NCBI GenBank assembly: GCA_010093605.1
Contig: MU004187.1
Location: 496,001 to 560,000, forward strand
Direction of reading: 5' to 3'
DNA: 64,000 nt
From: Lophium mytilinum
Lineage: Eukaryota
Made by a program: the position numbers and the translations under genes. Below the pieces are notes generated by a model that saw only the letters and a list, made by a program, of their open reading frames with translations, was not told the origin of the DNA and made no database searches. Every line of letters starts with the position of its first letter. Within the stretch, counting starts at the first letter, position 1. Shown here in pieces: positions 61,771 through 64,000 of this stretch.

Positions 61771-64000
61771 TTACAACAACTCAATATTCCCCCACTTCTC
61801 CGCAAACATACCCATAGCCTTAATCGTAAACGTAAACTTATAGTTCGGATACGAAATCATACTGCAGCCCAATTAGCACTCTCCATCCCACACCCCAAGA
61901 ACACATACCAAGACTTATTAAACACCCCCTCAATCGCCTCCTGCTTCCACTCCCCATTCGCGCACTGCCTCCCCATCACCATCCCCAGCGCCTTCTTCAG
62001 CGGTTCCGGCTCCGGATATCCCGCCTCGAGCAGCGCAATGCACACCCACGCCGTCTGCACGACCTGGCTCTGCGCATGCTGGCAGTACGTGCCCGTCTCG
62101 CAGCTCTTGTACGTCTCCCCCCACCCGCCGTCCTCCATCTGGCGATCGAGGAAGAACCGGCACGCGCGGCGCACCCGCTCCGAGTTTTCGTAGTTCTCGC
62201 CGACCGACGCGAGCGCTTCGAGCGCGAACATGCCCGCGTACGTGAAGCAGATGCCCCAGGAGCCGTACCAGGAGCCGTCGGCGTGCTGGGACGTGCGGAT
62301 ATACTCCACGGCGCGCTGCTTGAAGTCCGCGATGTGGGAGGTGCGGTAGTCTGGGAAGCGTTCTGTGAACATAGACAGGGCGCCGACGACGGCGGTCGTG
62401 CATTCCGGGTAGTCGTATTCGATCATGATGCGGCCGAAGACTTCGGCGGCGTTGAACCACTCGAGGTAGGCGGGGCCGCGGGTCGGCTCGTAGGAGGCGC
62501 AGCCGCCGGACGGGTTCTGCATGGTTAGGAGGACGTCGATGGCTTGTTGTTGGCGGGCGGCGGAGATGAGCTGCGGGTAGCCGGGGATGTTTTGGAGCAG
62601 CATGACGGCTTTGAGGGCTTCGGAGGTGCAGTCGGAGACGGTGTAGCCTTGCTTTTTGGTGCTGAAGCCCCAGGCGCCTTTGCGGCTCTGGCGGTACGAT
62701 TTCTTCTGCTCGCGCACCTCCTCGCGGATTTGCTGGGCTTCGAGGAATTCGAGCGCTTTGATCAGCATAGGTTTCCACTTTGGGTCTTGCGCGAAGCCGG
62801 CGGTGACGCAGGCTTGGATGAGGAACGCGGTGTCCCAGACTTGGACCCCGTTGGTACCGTTCATTAGCATGCCTTCGCCTTTTACCCAGAGGAACTCGGG
62901 GAGTGTCTTGCGGTGCTCCTGTACTGAGTACGAGTCCGGCCCTTCTTGAATATAGCAGACTAGTGTATTCATAGGCCCATTTACTGGCCCGAGATTGGAA
63001 TACTCCGTGTTGTGATCTTCCTCTTGGACCAACCACCATACCCAGTTTTCTGCTTTCTTGATCAGGAAGTTCGGTCGAAGATATGGGTTCCAGACGTTTA
63101 CCAGTCCCCAATTTATCGAGTTCAGAAGCCAGCTCTTGGGATGGTAGTTATCTTTTGCGTGAATACTGTTCCGGTGAGACAAGAAATTGATCTTCTCAAC
63201 CGGCTCCGTGAATAGCTCCTGCTGCAGTGATCGCGTGACGTCGTTTAGTGGATATTGCCACCGCTTGGAATACACATAGCTCATGGGCAGGAAGACCATC
63301 CGCATGTGTATCCACCACCTCCACGGCGCAAGGGGCACCCAGTCCGGAAGAAGCCTACACCAAACAGATCAGCTTCATATTGTCCGTCCCAAGTCCATCC
63401 ACCTTACCAGAACTCTGGCGGAACCGGGTTGACCAAATCCCAACTCGCAATCCCCAACACCGCGAGCCAGAACTTGGCCCAATGTGGCCCATACACCGCT
63501 CCACCCATCTCATGAAGCAAACCCCTCGCCTTGATAATCCTCGGGTCCTCCGCACCCGCTCCAAGCAGTCGCAGCACCACATAGTTCATGCTCGTCCCAA
63601 ACACAGAGCTCTCGCCTTCGATATGTAGTCCCCATCCCCCGTCCTCGGGATTTTGGCGTGCGTATAGGTAGTTCTTGATCTCGATCTTCCACGCTTCGGG
63701 GACTGGTGTCTCGGTGACATACCAAGTGATAACAGCGCAAGGTAGCAGGAACATAGGCCCGCCATATTCACAGGCCCAGTTTCCGGGCGGGAGTTGGAGG
63801 TGTGAGAAGAAGGAGAGGCCATTGGCAGCGGATTCGAGGGGGGTTTTCGCAGCGGGAAGCTTGGGAAGGCCCTATAAAACATTAGCACTTTTAATCTATA
63901 CAGAAGCAGAATTGAGATAGAAGATATTGCTATTACAGTTTCTAGACCTAGATGGTATTTGTCCGCCGTGCTCTGCGGCCACGCCTTGAGCTCCTCGTCC
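61771..64000 (-). CDS. ERG7: Lanosterol synthase (oxidosqualene cyclase); 5' end outside the window
   Basis: WACEYGGPMFL, DGGWGLHIE, NGTNGVQVWDT, catalytic SDCTSE, QW motifs (DGSWYGSWGICFTY, DGGWGE), FNKSCMISYPNYKF. Three introns within the window. Confidence 0.97.

Noticed and set aside
61930..63111. 393-aa alternative-frame ORF inside ERG7
   Set aside because: Arg/Pro-rich shadow ORF caused by high third-position GC in the real frame.
20390..64000. An isoprenoid super-cluster (prenylcysteine oxidase, AtuA, SDR, ERG7)
   Set aside because: The genes are spread over more than 40 kb and separated by unrelated housekeeping genes; ERG7 looks like the ordinary sterol enzyme and no P450 or tailoring genes are adjacent in the window.

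Overview
Gene-dense, intron-containing DNA from a filamentous ascomycete (short GT-AG introns with CTRAC/CTRAY branch sites; gene set compatible with Eurotiomycetes, species not identifiable). Housekeeping genes (EMP24, SYF1, VMA8, U1A/U2B''-type RRM protein, ATG2, ADA2-type adenosine deaminase, complex I ESSS subunit, ERG7) are mixed with accessory genes. Main points: (1) a candidate catabolic/detoxification cluster at 32.4-44.3 kb (AtuA/DUF1446 protein, AKR7-like reductase, tandem EthD-like barrel protein, TRI12-like MFS transporter, Zn2Cys6 regulator); (2) a 3-exon, 104-aa secreted 6-Cys protein at 4802-5269 that the ORF track mostly misses and that resembles plant MiAMP1 beta-barrelin antimicrobial peptides; (3) several accessory genes with in-frame premature stops or a frameshift (prenylcysteine oxidase-like x2, MFS x1, MYND-DUF4470 x2 lesions), plus a truncated tandem DUF6604 copy; (4) 7-nt and 11-nt micro-exons. 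No rRNA, intact tRNA, CRISPR or transposase could be supported. All gene models were spliced by hand and family calls come from remembered motifs, not database searches.
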